From: Massalongia carnosa
Taxonomy: Eukaryota
Assembly (NCBI GenBank): GCA_965645245.1
Contig: OZ287073.1
Location: 620,001-684,000 of the forward strand
Direction of reading: 5' to 3'
Length of the DNA stretch: 64,000 bases
Part shown: positions 1 to 10,628 of the stretch, one piece after another
How positions within the stretch are numbered: the first letter of the stretch is position 1
Layout of the letters: each line of letters begins with the position of its first letter
Notes under the pieces: model-generated
Seen by the model: only the letters and a program-made list of their open reading frames with translations
Told to the model about the DNA's origin: nothing
Databases searched by the model: none
Translations under genes and position numbers: made by a program

Positions 1-252
1 TTTCTCATAGTATATGGCTTTTGATTTGCATTGTTGCCATTGATTCGTCTATGTGGTTAGCATATTATGATTTATTTGATCTTTTACATAATCAAATGTT
101 ATCGCCGAGGACTCGACTATGATTTGATTATGGCCCGTCTTTACTATTTTGGCTGCAATTTCGTTTTCGGTAATATTTCAATGACTCGGAACCCATTGCA
201 AAATCACCTGATAATTGCTTTCAAATAAACGTTTTGCGAGCTTTCGAATTTG
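1..252 (-). pseudogene. LINE ORF2 fragment (RNase H region)
   Basis: Reverse complement matches the RNase H/C-terminal region of the LINE copy at ~17320-17570. Confidence 0.85.
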
Positions 253-395
253 ATTTATGCTGAAACATTTACGAACTTTACAAAGACAAATTATAAAATT
301 AAAAATTCGATTACTATTGGTTGTTACTAACAAGGAGTAAAAACGGGGCAATATGACAATTCAAAGATTAGTTATAAAGAGTTGATTTATTTGTA
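252..395 (+). mobile_element. LINE 3'UTR fragment, cut before the tail
   Basis: Matches the 3'UTR found after ORF2 in other copies (gatttatgctgaaac...gttactaac...gttgatttatttgta). Confidence 0.85.
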
Positions 396-1302
396 TCATT
401 CCACTTCCCAGCACAGAACAACAAAAAGAAACACAAGTACCGCAACTTTTGATACACTATAACTTTAACAGTCAATTGAGCCTCTATTTCTCAGTCATTT
501 GAGCTCCTCCAGAGCAAAAACGCTCTCAGAATGAGTGTAGGAGAGCTCTAGCAAAGCTCCAGCAGAGTTTTTCTGCTGGTCGCACGCGACCGACGTGATA
601 AAGCGCGCTCTAAAAGTTGGAAAAAACAACAAATACCAACAACCTCACCAAAAATCGCTCTTTTTTCTTGTTTTCTTCTGTTCTGTTGTCGCATGACCTT
701 CAATTATTACTATAAAAATTATCTACAAAAATTATATACTCTCGCGGGATTGTACAACAACTGTCGCGACGTCAAAGTCTTCTAAAGTTCATTCCTCATT
801 TAAGGTTACGGGAACTTCCGCAAGCACAAATTCTCATAGCATATTTCACGTATAATTTTTGCACATTCAATTTTCGGCTTTATAGATCTTCGTTGAACGG
901 CCGGTCAACAGATCACTGAAAAGAAGGGGGAAAACGTCTGGAATAGGATTATACCAAAGGTCCTGTTACAGATTAATCAGAATGGGAAGTCTCCTTATTG
1001 TCTTACATTGCATTAAAATTTATCTTTATTGAAAAAAGCAAAAAAACTTTAATTATTTTCACCTATTGTAGTGTCTGGTAAAGGGTTAAATAAGACTTAC
1101 TGCCTTAGCGAGGAACGGTCTATTTTAACCCGATTAGGATTTATTTCTCGCGTTATAGTCAAATAAATAGGGATAGGAAAGAAAAGAGTCATTTGACCAG
1201 TAAACATACAGGGGTAAATTCTATTCTGACTAGTACGTCCGGGGAAAGTCAGAATAAATTATTTGGTGGCGATAAAAGGGATATTGCAAAGGCAAAAACA
1301 CT

Positions 1303-2474
1303 ATGCTCAATCGAAGATTTAACCCGATAGGTCATAGACCAAATCGATTGATACCAACAACTCCTCCCCCAGTCCCCCCTCCACAACATCTATGGGTCCC
1401 CCTGTGTACTCCCCCGTGCCCCCACCGAACCTACTCCTCCACGCCATCTTCGGTAGCGATAATTGGGAGCAACCCCCTAACCGTAGAATCCACGGAGGCA
1501 ATGGACCAAACGCGAGAATTTTCGTCCGCACCGTCCACACCCACCCCAAAAACGAAACCTTTCGTCGCGCCATCTGGTGAATTCAGTACCTATCTGCCCA
1601 TGCCATCATTGAATTCTGATATTCGACTGAGTCCACCAATTAAACGCAACAAAAGACGAACATTTGACGAACATTCGATTGAAAGTCAAGAAGTCATCAA
1701 TCTATCAAAATCGAATCAACTATTGAATACGGCAAAAAACGCATTATTAGAGTCATTCGTAATAGATCAAAACCCCGAAACGGTAATAGTCATCGATCAC
1801 GTTAATTCTCTACTGGCAAAGAAATCGATCAAGCTAAAAGCAACGTTAGAAATGATTGTTTGGAAATTGAATAGGGTTCTAGAACAAACTAGCCAAATTC
1901 CAGAAACAAAGAGACAATCGGTGCATCCTGTACAGACAAAATCGAAGGGAAATTGGAATGGAAATTCGAATTTGACTAAAAACGTCAACCCAGAAATTCG
2001 GAGCGAAACCGCCGGAGTCCCAGGGCCGCAGGTCAACGATACAGCTAGAACATAGATCCAAATGCTCGGAAAAGCGACTGTCAATTCCGAAAATTAGACT
2101 ACCGTTCCTCGACCAAAAAAAAATAAACAAGAACAACAACAATAATTCGAATGCGAACAAATTCGATAATACTGACGATTTCAAGGCGATCAAATCTCGA
2201 CGATTGATAATCACACCGAAAGCTCAAATCGGCGATATCGATTCACTGTTGCTTCGAAACCAAATCAATTCGCTTTTTAAAGACGCGAAATTGACTATCG
2301 TTGTTAACAGGGTCAAAAAGTCCAAAACGGGTCAAAACATCGTTCTGACTACTAGTCCTGATAACACTGCTGAAGATTTATTGAACAATAAATCAATATG
2401 GGAGCATTTATTCGACCCACGAACAGTTCGAAAGGACGAATCGTGGTTCAAAGTCGTCGCACACGGTGTAAATA
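1303..2474 (+). pseudogene. LINE ORF1, nonsense at 2053 and 3' deletion
   Basis: Near-identical to ORF1 at 12304. TGG>TAG at 2053. Deletion at ~2474 joins ORF1 to the APE domain. Confidence 0.9.
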
Positions 2475-3247
2475 TATACACGATCGATCGACTTTTAATC
2501 CAATTACAACCTAAATCAACTGATCAATTCGTCATCTGTGGAAATTTCAATCCACATCATAACTGGTGGAATTCGAAAATTCAACAAGCAATTCGATCAG
2601 AAAATCTTGTCAAATGGTTGAAATTAAACAGGTGTAGTTTAATAAACACACCTGACTTATGTACATACTACGCCCATTCTGGAAGTTCTTCATCTGTTAT
2701 TGATTTAACTTTTGCAAATTCTAAAATCGAAAATGCAATTACAAATTGGTCAATCGATGAAAACGCAGACACAGGTTCTGATCATGAAGTCATCCGATTT
2801 GAACTAATCGCATCTTTCAAAAACTTGACGTCACATGCAACAGCATTATCGAATAAATACAATTGCAATAAAGCCGATTGGAATAAATTCGCGAAGTATC
2901 TAGACGAAAATTCAACAATCTACGAATCACAAGTTCAAAGTTTATTGAATAATCATCAATTCGATGAATTAGCGATATATTTGCAAAACGTTATCAAAAA
3001 CGCGGCTGAAATGTTTATTCCGAAAACGAAAATTTGTGCAAAATCGAAAAAGTGGTGGTCGCAAGATTTAACTGAACTTCGAAAAACCATGTGCAGACAT
3101 CGTCGAGAATGGAAGAATTATCCGTCCGATTTTATTCATCGGATGTTTAAACATAGTCGTATCGAGTATTTTCATGCAATTAGAAAAGCAAAACAACAAA
3201 CATGGTTGACTTTTCGAGAAAATGCAGCAAATAAAGATGTATTTACC
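2475..3247 (+). pseudogene. LINE ORF2 APE endonuclease fragment
   Basis: GNFNPHH (GDFNAHH), IDLTF and SDH motifs; matches 14354 onward. Confidence 0.9.
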
Positions 3248-3801
3248 TCGGACACGGCTATTTTCGATCTTATTTACAGCGATTGAAAGATTATAATTCG
3301 TCAAAATGCACAAATCGATGCAATCAACGACAAACGCCAGAACACTTGTTATTGAATTGCATTCACCATGTCGATGAAATTCAAAACATGAAACAAAATA
3401 TCGATACTACCATCAACTTGAATATGTTGTTTAATACAAAAATCGGAAATGACATTTTGATTTAATTCATTGTCAATAACAAAATCGCGACAAGAAAATG
3501 GATACTAGGTCAGCTTGATGACGAGAATTTCGAAACTGGAGGTTGGGGAGAGATCGAACAGTAAAATCAGAAACGATTTATGCTGATACATTCACGAACT
3601 TAAAAAGACAAATTTTAAAATCGATATTCTTCGATTACTATAGGTTGTGACTAACACGGAGTAAAAATGGGGAAAAATTGACGATACATAGATGGGTTAT
3701 AAAGGGTTGATTTATTTGTAATATAGAAACATATCCTAAAATAGTTTAGTGTCATAACCTTAGGTTGAATACACTTAATGAATAAATAAAAAAAAATAAA
3801 A
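3248..3801 (+). mobile_element. 5'-truncated LINE inserted into LINE
   Basis: ORF2 C-terminus, 3'UTR and A/TAAA tail, flanked by the 15-bp TSD aaagatgtatttacc (3233-3247, 3802-3816). Confidence 0.92.
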
Positions 3802-4048
3802 AAAGATGTATTTACCGCGTATAAATACACTAAACCGCGCATATTCAAAAAAATACCGCCGATTCTACATGAAACAAGCTAAATTTTCAGTTTGATGACA
3901 AATACGATGCATTTGTGTCAGCAATGTTTACAAAAAACCCATTTATTGACGATAAAGAGGAAGATTTATCAAATCAAGACAGCGAAAATGATGATAATTG
4001 GCCAGATTTGACCGAAAACGAGTTGTAAAATGCGATTAGTTTATTTAA

Positions 4049-4563
4049 TGTAAGAGTCAGACCTGGCGATTAGCAGACACCAGGCCTAGGGATATGTGAC
4101 AATGTGAAGACACTAATGATTTGCTATACTAATATACTAAAAGAAGTATGTAGGTAAAGCGGAAGACTAATCGTTGAAGATTGCATCTCCCTCGAGCAGC
4201 CTCCTTATATACCCGGACCGAAGCCCTTGACCCTCTGGGCCCTTGATACTGTAACTATCTTGACCGCCCATTACTCCTACCGGATAAGCCGGCTAAACAC
4301 TCTGCTGACTGCATCGTGGACACTGTGCTGACTGTATCGTAAACACTGTGCTGACTGTATCGTGGACACTGTGCTGACTGTATCGTACCATCCGCTCACT
4401 AGTCGTAAGAGCATCCTCGTATATCTCGATCGCTCGTACTATACTCTCGGCAGTAGATACCAACCGCGTAACGCAGACCAACTGCTTTCCATATGACTAA
4501 GCCTAGCCGTAGAACTAAGGCCCGCTTAGTTAGCTTAGCCCTTATTCCTTCTATGCCCTGACA
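4049..4563 (-). repeat. 3' LTR of gypsy-1 (contains ~4 x 23-bp tandem acactgtgctgactgtatcgt)
   Basis: Identical to 10109-10623. Confidence 0.97.
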
Positions 4564-5040
4564 ATTGCCTCCTCTCCTATAGTGCTGGTCCTCCAGCACG
4601 TACAGTACTCGAACGCGGAAGGGAGTGTGTAGGGACGTGATAGAAGATGTCGCGTAGATAGCAAGTTTGTTGTGTAGAAAGCGCGAATACCTGGCGCTTG
4701 ACGTAGGTAGATGTAAATATCACTAGCTTCTCGGTAATGCTGGGTCGCCGATGCCGCTCCAAGCGCTAGAAGTAGCGGAGAAGGGGACGATGGCGATTAT
4801 CAGCAGAGATCCGAGCTCGGTAACGCTAGCGTTGGTGGTTTGTTGATTTAGGTGAAGACGGTGAGGAGTACGAGACTGTTGTCTCCGAAAGCTCCTCCAG
4901 CGAGAGCCTCAAGGAAGAAAAGGGTGATGAGGAGTCGGACGAGGAAGTAGAAGATACTGATGGTGATGATGAGGTGCCGGACGAGAAAGCAGAAGGTTCC
5001 GATGGTGATGAGATGGCGAATAAGAAGGGTTTCGCTGGAT

Positions 5041-8000
5041 TCAGCGAGTAACCTGTAGTTTCTTGATTCGCCTGCGCTTTGCTTTCGGCTTTGCATCGAA
5101 ATCCTGCTTTAGTTCTAAGGCTCCATCCAGATCTTTCTCTGGTACCCACTCATCATATTCTTCAGGGTATCCTACCCATTTTACCTTATAGAATATTTCC
5201 CCTTTCTCAGACCTTCTACCTATAATTTCTTCCACTTCCCATTCCTGTTCATCGTTAATAATTTCAGGTGGGGGTAGAAACGGTATATGCTCTTGACCAT
5301 CTCTTCGCTTGTAAGGTTCTAGGTAAGAGACATGAAAGACCGGGTGAATTCTATAAGTCGTAGGAAGAGCAAGACGATACGCCTGCTTGCCGACTGCTTC
5401 TAGAATGCGAAAAGGACCTAAAAACTTATGTGAAAGTTTCTTACTAGGCCTTTTTTGTTTTAGATTCTTGGCAGATAACATTACCAAGTCCCCTTCATTG
5501 AAATCTTTCTCAAGATGTTTCCTGTTGTAGTACTTGGCCTGCGCTTCGGATACGCTTTTCCAGCGTGCCTCTAAAGAATACCTGAACTCGTGTAATTGCT
5601 TTACTCGTTCTTTCGCAGCGGGCACCCTCTCCACAGCGATGTCGTCCCCGACTTCGTAGCGAATCTCCGGGTTATAGCCGTACATACAATAAAAGGGGCT
5701 GCACCCAAGCGTACTTTGATAACTGACTTGGTAGACAAATTGTGCTAGGGGCAATAGTGCCACCCAGTTGGATTGATTGTCAGTGCAGTAAACTCTCAAA
5801 TAGTGTTCAAGGGTCTGGTTTTGTCGTTCGGTTTGGCCATCAGTTTGAGGGTGAAAGGCCGTGCTAAGCCGGCGTTTCGTCTTTAAATGAAAACAAATTT
5901 CTGACCAGTACTCACTGGTAAAGACCGACCCTCTATCCGATACTATGCCCTCAGGAGCGCCGAACTGTAATACTACCGATTCAAACAGAATTTCTGCCAG
6001 GTCCACTGCATTGATTTTTTTCGTAACCGGGATGTATAGCGCCATTTTGGTATATCTATCCACAATTACTAGGCACGAGTCATAAACCCGGCCGAAACGC
6101 TTGCTAGGTGGAAACCCAGTTATGAAATCCATAGTGATTTCTTTCCAAGGACCGGAAGGACGTGGAAGCGATTGCATAACCCCGTAAGGTCGGTGCCTAG
6201 GCGCCTTCGTCCTTTGACAAATGTCGCAGGATTCCGTGTACTTCTTCACAGTCTTGTTAAGTCCTTTCCAATAGTATTTGCGGGTAAGCAACTCAGCTGT
6301 TTTCTCCGCACCAAAATGACCCGCGAGCTTGTCGTCATGATGACGCCGCAACAGCTCCGCACGAATAGATTCTTCATCGGGCACGTAAATTCTGCCACGA
6401 TGATTGAGAAGATCATTGCTATCTATAGTCCAAATTGCTTCGGGGGAGCGACCACCCTTGCGCTTCAAAGACTTAGCAACGGTCTCTCGCCTGCTAGACA
6501 CGAATGCGTCTTTCCCCTGTAGCGCCTTGATGAGTTCAAGCACTGACTTGGAAGCACTTTCCAAAGGCTTTTCTTCATCTGATAAGGCAACAGCTACAGC
6601 CCGGGGAATACATTGCGTCAAGCCGACTTCAAAAGTATCACTCTCTTCGTCAAGAGAAGTAATTGATTTAGAGGTTTCACCCTCTAAATTCTCCAGGGGT
6701 TCAATCCCGGACGAAGCTATCTTTGAGCGAAGATCATACCTAAGTGCGGCAAGCACCGTACGAATTCCCGGCGTATAACCTACGCATAAGGAATCTATTT
6801 TGCTCAGCTTCTTTTGAAGAGTAGGCAACAATCTCGTCACCTCGGTGTTGATGCTCTGATAATCAGGGCGCCTAGACGGTGCATCGGCAGGATTGGTCTT
6901 TCCCGAGCGATGCATGATTACGAAATCATAAGCGGCTAATTTCATAGCCCATCGCGCTTGCCGACCACTCAACACCTTAATATTCATAAAACCCCTCAAA
7001 TTGTTGTGGTCTGTCAGGACCTCAACGGGGTGCAGGCTACCCTCCAGGTAATGCCTCCAGTGTTTAAAACACATCACAATGGCCAGCAACTCTTGATCAT
7101 GGGTTTCATAGTTGCGCTCGGCCGGTATCATCTTCCGCGAGTAGAAAGCGACGGGATGCCATTGCCCATCCTTCTGCAACTGGGAGATAATGCCAGAGAT
7201 TCCGAAATCCGATGCATCGGTCTCTAGGCGAATGAGCAGTTCTGGATCGAAGTGAACCAAGATGGGCGCGCCCTGAAAGGCTTCTTTCAGCTTGCTAAAC
7301 GCTTCCGCTCCTTCGGCCGTAAGATAAAAAGTACCCCTTTTTATCCCAGCCTGCATGCCTTTCAGCATGTCAGTCAATGGCCTAGTGATTTGAGAATAAT
7401 GACGTATGAAACGTCGATAGAAATTGGCGAATCCTAGAAAGACCTGAATGTCTCGAAAGGACTGAAGTGCAGGCCAATCCCGCACGGTTTCAACCCGGCG
7501 TGGATCCATGGAGATACCATCGCTGCTAATGATAAACCCTAGATATTCCACGGCCGGAGCAAAGAACTCGCACTTTTTAAGATTTGCATAGAGATCGTGT
7601 TTCCTTAGACGACGTAACACCTCTTTAACATGCTCCACATGGCTGGTTCTATCTTTGGAAAATACCAATATATCGTCCAGATAGACTACGCAGAAAACAT
7701 CCACGATCCCAGATAAAGCTTTATTGATGTAAGCTTGAAAAGTTGCAGGGGCGTTGGCTAATCCAAAAGGCATAACCATATACTCGTAGTGTCCGTAACG
7801 GGATCGAAATGCCGTCTTCCACTCGTCGCCCTTGCGGATTCGGAGACGATGATAAGCATCTCGCAAATCCATTTTGGTAAAATAGGAACACCCGTTTAAC
7901 TGATCCAGTATCTGCGTGATAAGAGGGAGCGGATGACGATTCTTTTTGGTCACCTTATTCAATCCTCGATAGTCAACGCAGAGGCGCAGAGTACCGTCCT

Positions 8001-8847
8001 TCTTAGGCACAAATAGTATTGGTGCACCTGCAGAACTGGTGGAGTGCCGGATCCAACCCTTCGCCAGGGCGTCGTCAAGATATTCCCGAAGAGTCTTAAG
8101 CTCCGTATTCGATAAGTTGTATAAAGGACCATAAGGTGGATCACCGCCTTCTAAATCGATAGCGTGGTCACAGTCCTTGTGCGTAGCTAATTGATTGGCT
8201 CTGTCCTTAGAAAAAACATCCTGGAATTCAGCAAATTCCACAGGTATCCCCTGCGTTTCGTTGGTGTTCCGGCTGTTGTTCTCATCAACAGCGCCAACAT
8301 TAACAGGTTGTCTTTCGGAAGAAGGTGCAATGGGTTGAGCCACTATAGCATAGAGTGGTGCCCCGGAATCCAGGGTCTTCGCAAACTGTTTAGGCTTGCA
8401 CAACTCGAACATATCAGACTGAAAGCCATAACGCCAGCGCTTCGCTCCATAATCGATTACGATACCCAGCTGTTTGAGACCAGGGAGACCCAACACCAAG
8501 TCAGGGCCCTGTTTGTCAATTGCGTAAAACACGCTGGTAAAGGTGCGCTGTCGTTCCCAAGTATCCTCGAGAGCCATTACTACCTCATAAGCTCCATAGC
8601 AGTAAACCTCCTTACCATCCATGAATTGAGGAGCAGGTAGTTCGCTTTCAATAGGTCTAAGATCTGAAGCGACGACGAATCCCTGATTAATCACATTAAT
8701 CTCGGCTGCTCCATCAAGCAACATTGTCGCCGGGTATTTTTGGCCTCCGCTCGTTATAGTCCCCTCAGGAATTAGGCTTGGCTCGCTTTCTACTGATCGT
8801 TTCCCTCCATCGGCTGGCGAGCTTTCCGTGGAGGTTTGGCTTTTCCC
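5041..8847 (-). CDS. pol: gypsy-1 pol (protease, RT, RNase H, integrase, chromodomain), via -1 frameshift
   Basis: YLDD, TDAS, HHCC, GPF and chromodomain EWEVEEI..KWVGY. Frame open from the slippery site 8841-8847 to the stop at 5041. Confidence 0.95.
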   Translation of the reverse strand, partial: GKSQTSTESSPADGGKRSVESEPSLIPEGTITSGGQKYPATMLLDGAAEINVINQGFVVASDLRPIESELPAPQFMDGKEVYCYGAYEVVMALEDTWERQRTFTSVFYAIDKQGPDLVLGLPGLKQLGIVIDYGAKRWRYGFQSDMFELCKPKQFAKTLDSGAPLYAIVAQPIAPSSERQPVNVGAVDENNSRNTNETQGIPVEFAEFQDVFSKDRANQLATHKDCDHAIDLEGGDPPYGPLYNLSNTELKTLREYLDDALAKGWIRHSTSSAGAPILFVPKKDGTLRLCVDYRGLNKVTKKNRHPLPLITQILDQLNGCSYFTKMDLRDAYHRLRIRKGDEWKTAFRSRYGHYEYMVMPFGLANAPATFQAYINKALSGIVDVFCVVYLDDILVFSKDRTSHVEHVKEVLRRLRKHDLYANLKKCEFFAPAVEYLGFIISSDGISMDPRRVETVRDWPALQSFRDIQVFLGFANFYRRFIRHYSQITRPLTDMLKGMQAGIKRGTFYLTAEGAEAFSKLKEAFQGAPILVHFDPELLIRLETDASDFGISGIISQLQKDGQWHPVAFYSRKMIPAERNYETHDQELLAIVMCFKHWRHYLEGSLHPVEVLTDHNNLRGFMNIKVLSGRQARWAMKLAAYDFVIMHRSGKTNPADAPSRRPDYQSINTEVTRLLPTLQKKLSKIDSLCVGYTPGIRTVLAALRYDLRSKIASSGIEPLENLEGETSKSITSLDEESDTFEVGLTQCIPRAVAVALSDEEKPLESASKSVLELIKALQGKDAFVSSRRETVAKSLKRKGGRSPEAIWTIDSNDLLNHRGRIYVPDEESIRAELLRRHHDDKLAGHFGAEKTAELLTRKYYWKGLNKTVKKYTESCDICQRTKAPRHRPYGVMQSLPRPSGPWKEITMDFITGFPPSKRFGRVYDSCLVIVDRYTKMALYIPVTKKINAVDLAEILFESVVLQFGAPEGIVSDRGSVFTSEYWSEICFHLKTKRRLSTAFHPQTDGQTERQNQTLEHYLRVYCTDNQSNWVALLPLAQFVYQVSYQSTLGCSPFYCMYGYNPEIRYEVGDDIAVERVPAAKERVKQLHEFRYSLEARWKSVSEAQAKYYNRKHLEKDFNEGDLVMLSAKNLKQKRPSKKLSHKFLGPFRILEAVGKQAYRLALPTTYRIHPVFHVSYLEPYKRRDGQEHIPFLPPPEIINDEQEWEVEEIIGRRSEKGEIFYKVKWVGYPEEYDEWVPEKDLDGALELKQDFDAKPKAKRRRIKKLQVTR

Positions 8848-10031
8848 GACTTTGCGACGGCGTTCACACCGTGCTTCGGCTCCTTGTCGTCTTTAGGAGG
8901 GTTGGGACACTTGTTGGCGTAGTGACCCTGTTCTCCGCAGCGATAACATGTCACCTCGTCGGTACTTTCCTTTGTCTCAGCATGCTTTCTTTTCTGACCC
9001 CTTTTACCGTCTTTCGTAGGTTTTGGTTTGTCAGTGTCCTTTATCTCCTCGTTCCTCTTATCTCTATGTGATTTAGTGCGAGGGGGGTGAGAACCATTTG
9101 GACGCTCATGCTTCGACGTCGTTAAGACATCGTTTTCTCTTTTCTGATTGTTTTCCAGCCTACTGGCCAGAGTCACCAGAGCTTCTCTAGTCCTTGGAAT
9201 ATTCTGATAGTTGCCTATAGCTGCTCTAATAGACGGCCGCAACTTAGTAAACAGATGAGTCGCTCTTTGTTCTTCGGTATAGGAGGGCAACTGGTCCTCG
9301 AGGCTACTCAAGTGCGCCTCGAAAGCTCTTACCGTTTGCTTCTCTCCTTGCTTGGCTTCGGCAAATAATTGGGCCATATGCAGACCTCGATTAACTGGGT
9401 CCTCGACAATATTTAACAAGAATTTCAAGTACTCTTCGAAGGTATAATTGTGCATTTCACCGTCTGCCTCATATCGATGCCAAGCTTCCTTAGGCTCCCC
9501 TTCCAGCGATTGCATTGCGAAAGCGATCTTGGATTCATCATCTGGGAAGTCCTCTTTTGCCACGCGAAACGCCACTCTGCAGTTCCGCTCATAATCCAGA
9601 TGTTCCTTGACCGTTTTTCCATGATAGGGACTGACTTTCTCGGGTCTAGCAGCGCGTCTCCTATAAACAACTACAGGTACTGACTGGCTACTCGTCATCT
9701 CTACATCGTCGTCAGAACGAGGGTTAATGGCTCCTCTCATTACCGGTTCCTTGGATGATCCGGTAGGGTTTGGAGGTTTCGAAGGCTTTTGAGTTTGTTC
9801 TTGCAGTTGCTCAATACTGGCTTTCAAATTCCTCAGACGTACTTCCTTCTTAAGTTCGCTACGCCTGCGCTCAGCTTGCGCTATCTGTTCGTCCAACGTC
9901 AGGGGTTGAATGGGTTCGACTACTTTTTCCATTGGGGTCAGGGCTCCTCTTCCAGGGCCCTCAGAATCCGAAAGTTCTTCGATCCGCTCCTCCGGCATCA
10001 TGGTATCAGAGGCAACTTCTTGCGCGGACAT
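8790..10031 (-). CDS. gag: gypsy-1 gag
   Basis: 413 aa, retrotransposon gag-like core and zinc knuckle CYRCGEQGHYANKC. Confidence 0.93.
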   Translation of the reverse strand: MSAQEVASDTMMPEERIEELSDSEGPGRGALTPMEKVVEPIQPLTLDEQIAQAERRRSELKKEVRLRNLKASIEQLQEQTQKPSKPPNPTGSSKEPVMRGAINPRSDDDVEMTSSQSVPVVVYRRRAARPEKVSPYHGKTVKEHLDYERNCRVAFRVAKEDFPDDESKIAFAMQSLEGEPKEAWHRYEADGEMHNYTFEEYLKFLLNIVEDPVNRGLHMAQLFAEAKQGEKQTVRAFEAHLSSLEDQLPSYTEEQRATHLFTKLRPSIRAAIGNYQNIPRTREALVTLASRLENNQKRENDVLTTSKHERPNGSHPPRTKSHRDKRNEEIKDTDKPKPTKDGKRGQKRKHAETKESTDEVTCYRCGEQGHYANKCPNPPKDDKEPKHGVNAVAKSGKAKPPRKARQPMEGNDQ

Positions 10032-10108
10032 GGCGGGACGATAGTGTATAGAAGGTGTATAAATGTGTCAACGGATCGTCACTCCTTGAAGGATAGAACG
10101 ATTAGAAT

Positions 10109-10623
10109 TGTAAGAGTCAGACCTGGCGATTAGCAGACACCAGGCCTAGGGATATGTGACAATGTGAAGACACTAATGATTTGCTATACTAATATACTAA
10201 AAGAAGTATGTAGGTAAAGCGGAAGACTAATCGTTGAAGATTGCATCTCCCTCGAGCAGCCTCCTTATATACCCGGACCGAAGCCCTTGACCCTCTGGGC
10301 CCTTGATACTGTAACTATCTTGACCGCCCATTACTCCTACCGGATAAGCCGGCTAAACACTCTGCTGACTGCATCGTGGACACTGTGCTGACTGTATCGT
10401 AAACACTGTGCTGACTGTATCGTGGACACTGTGCTGACTGTATCGTACCATCCGCTCACTAGTCGTAAGAGCATCCTCGTATATCTCGATCGCTCGTACT
10501 ATACTCTCGGCAGTAGATACCAACCGCGTAACGCAGACCAACTGCTTTCCATATGACTAAGCCTAGCCGTAGAACTAAGGCCCGCTTAGTTAGCTTAGCC
10601 CTTATTCCTTCTATGCCCTGACA
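10109..10623 (-). repeat. 5' LTR of gypsy-1
   Basis: Identical to 4049-4563; TATATAA on the minus strand at 10265-10271. Confidence 0.97.
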
Positions 10624-10628
10624 TTTAA

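Larger units (their letters stand above)
4049..10623 (-). mobile_element. Intact Ty3/gypsy chromovirus (gypsy-1)
   Basis: Two identical 515-bp TG..CA LTRs; TSD tttaa (4044-4048, 10624-10628); PPT at 4564-4580; gag and pol open. Confidence 0.97.

Noticed and set aside
2204..3286. 360-aa ORF as a novel ORF1-endonuclease fusion gene
   Set aside because: It is the product of a ~880-bp deletion plus a nested insertion in one decayed copy. The deletion ends are not GT-AG, so it is not splicing
4297..4386. 23-bp tandem repeats (also the 33-bp repeats at ~57049-57172) as a CRISPR-like array
   Set aside because: No unique spacers, located within LTRs, eukaryotic context
6172..10133. Antisense ORFs over gypsy gag/pol, and similar short ORFs over the LINEs and pogo
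   Set aside because: Shadow ORFs of coding TE strands with no recognisable motifs
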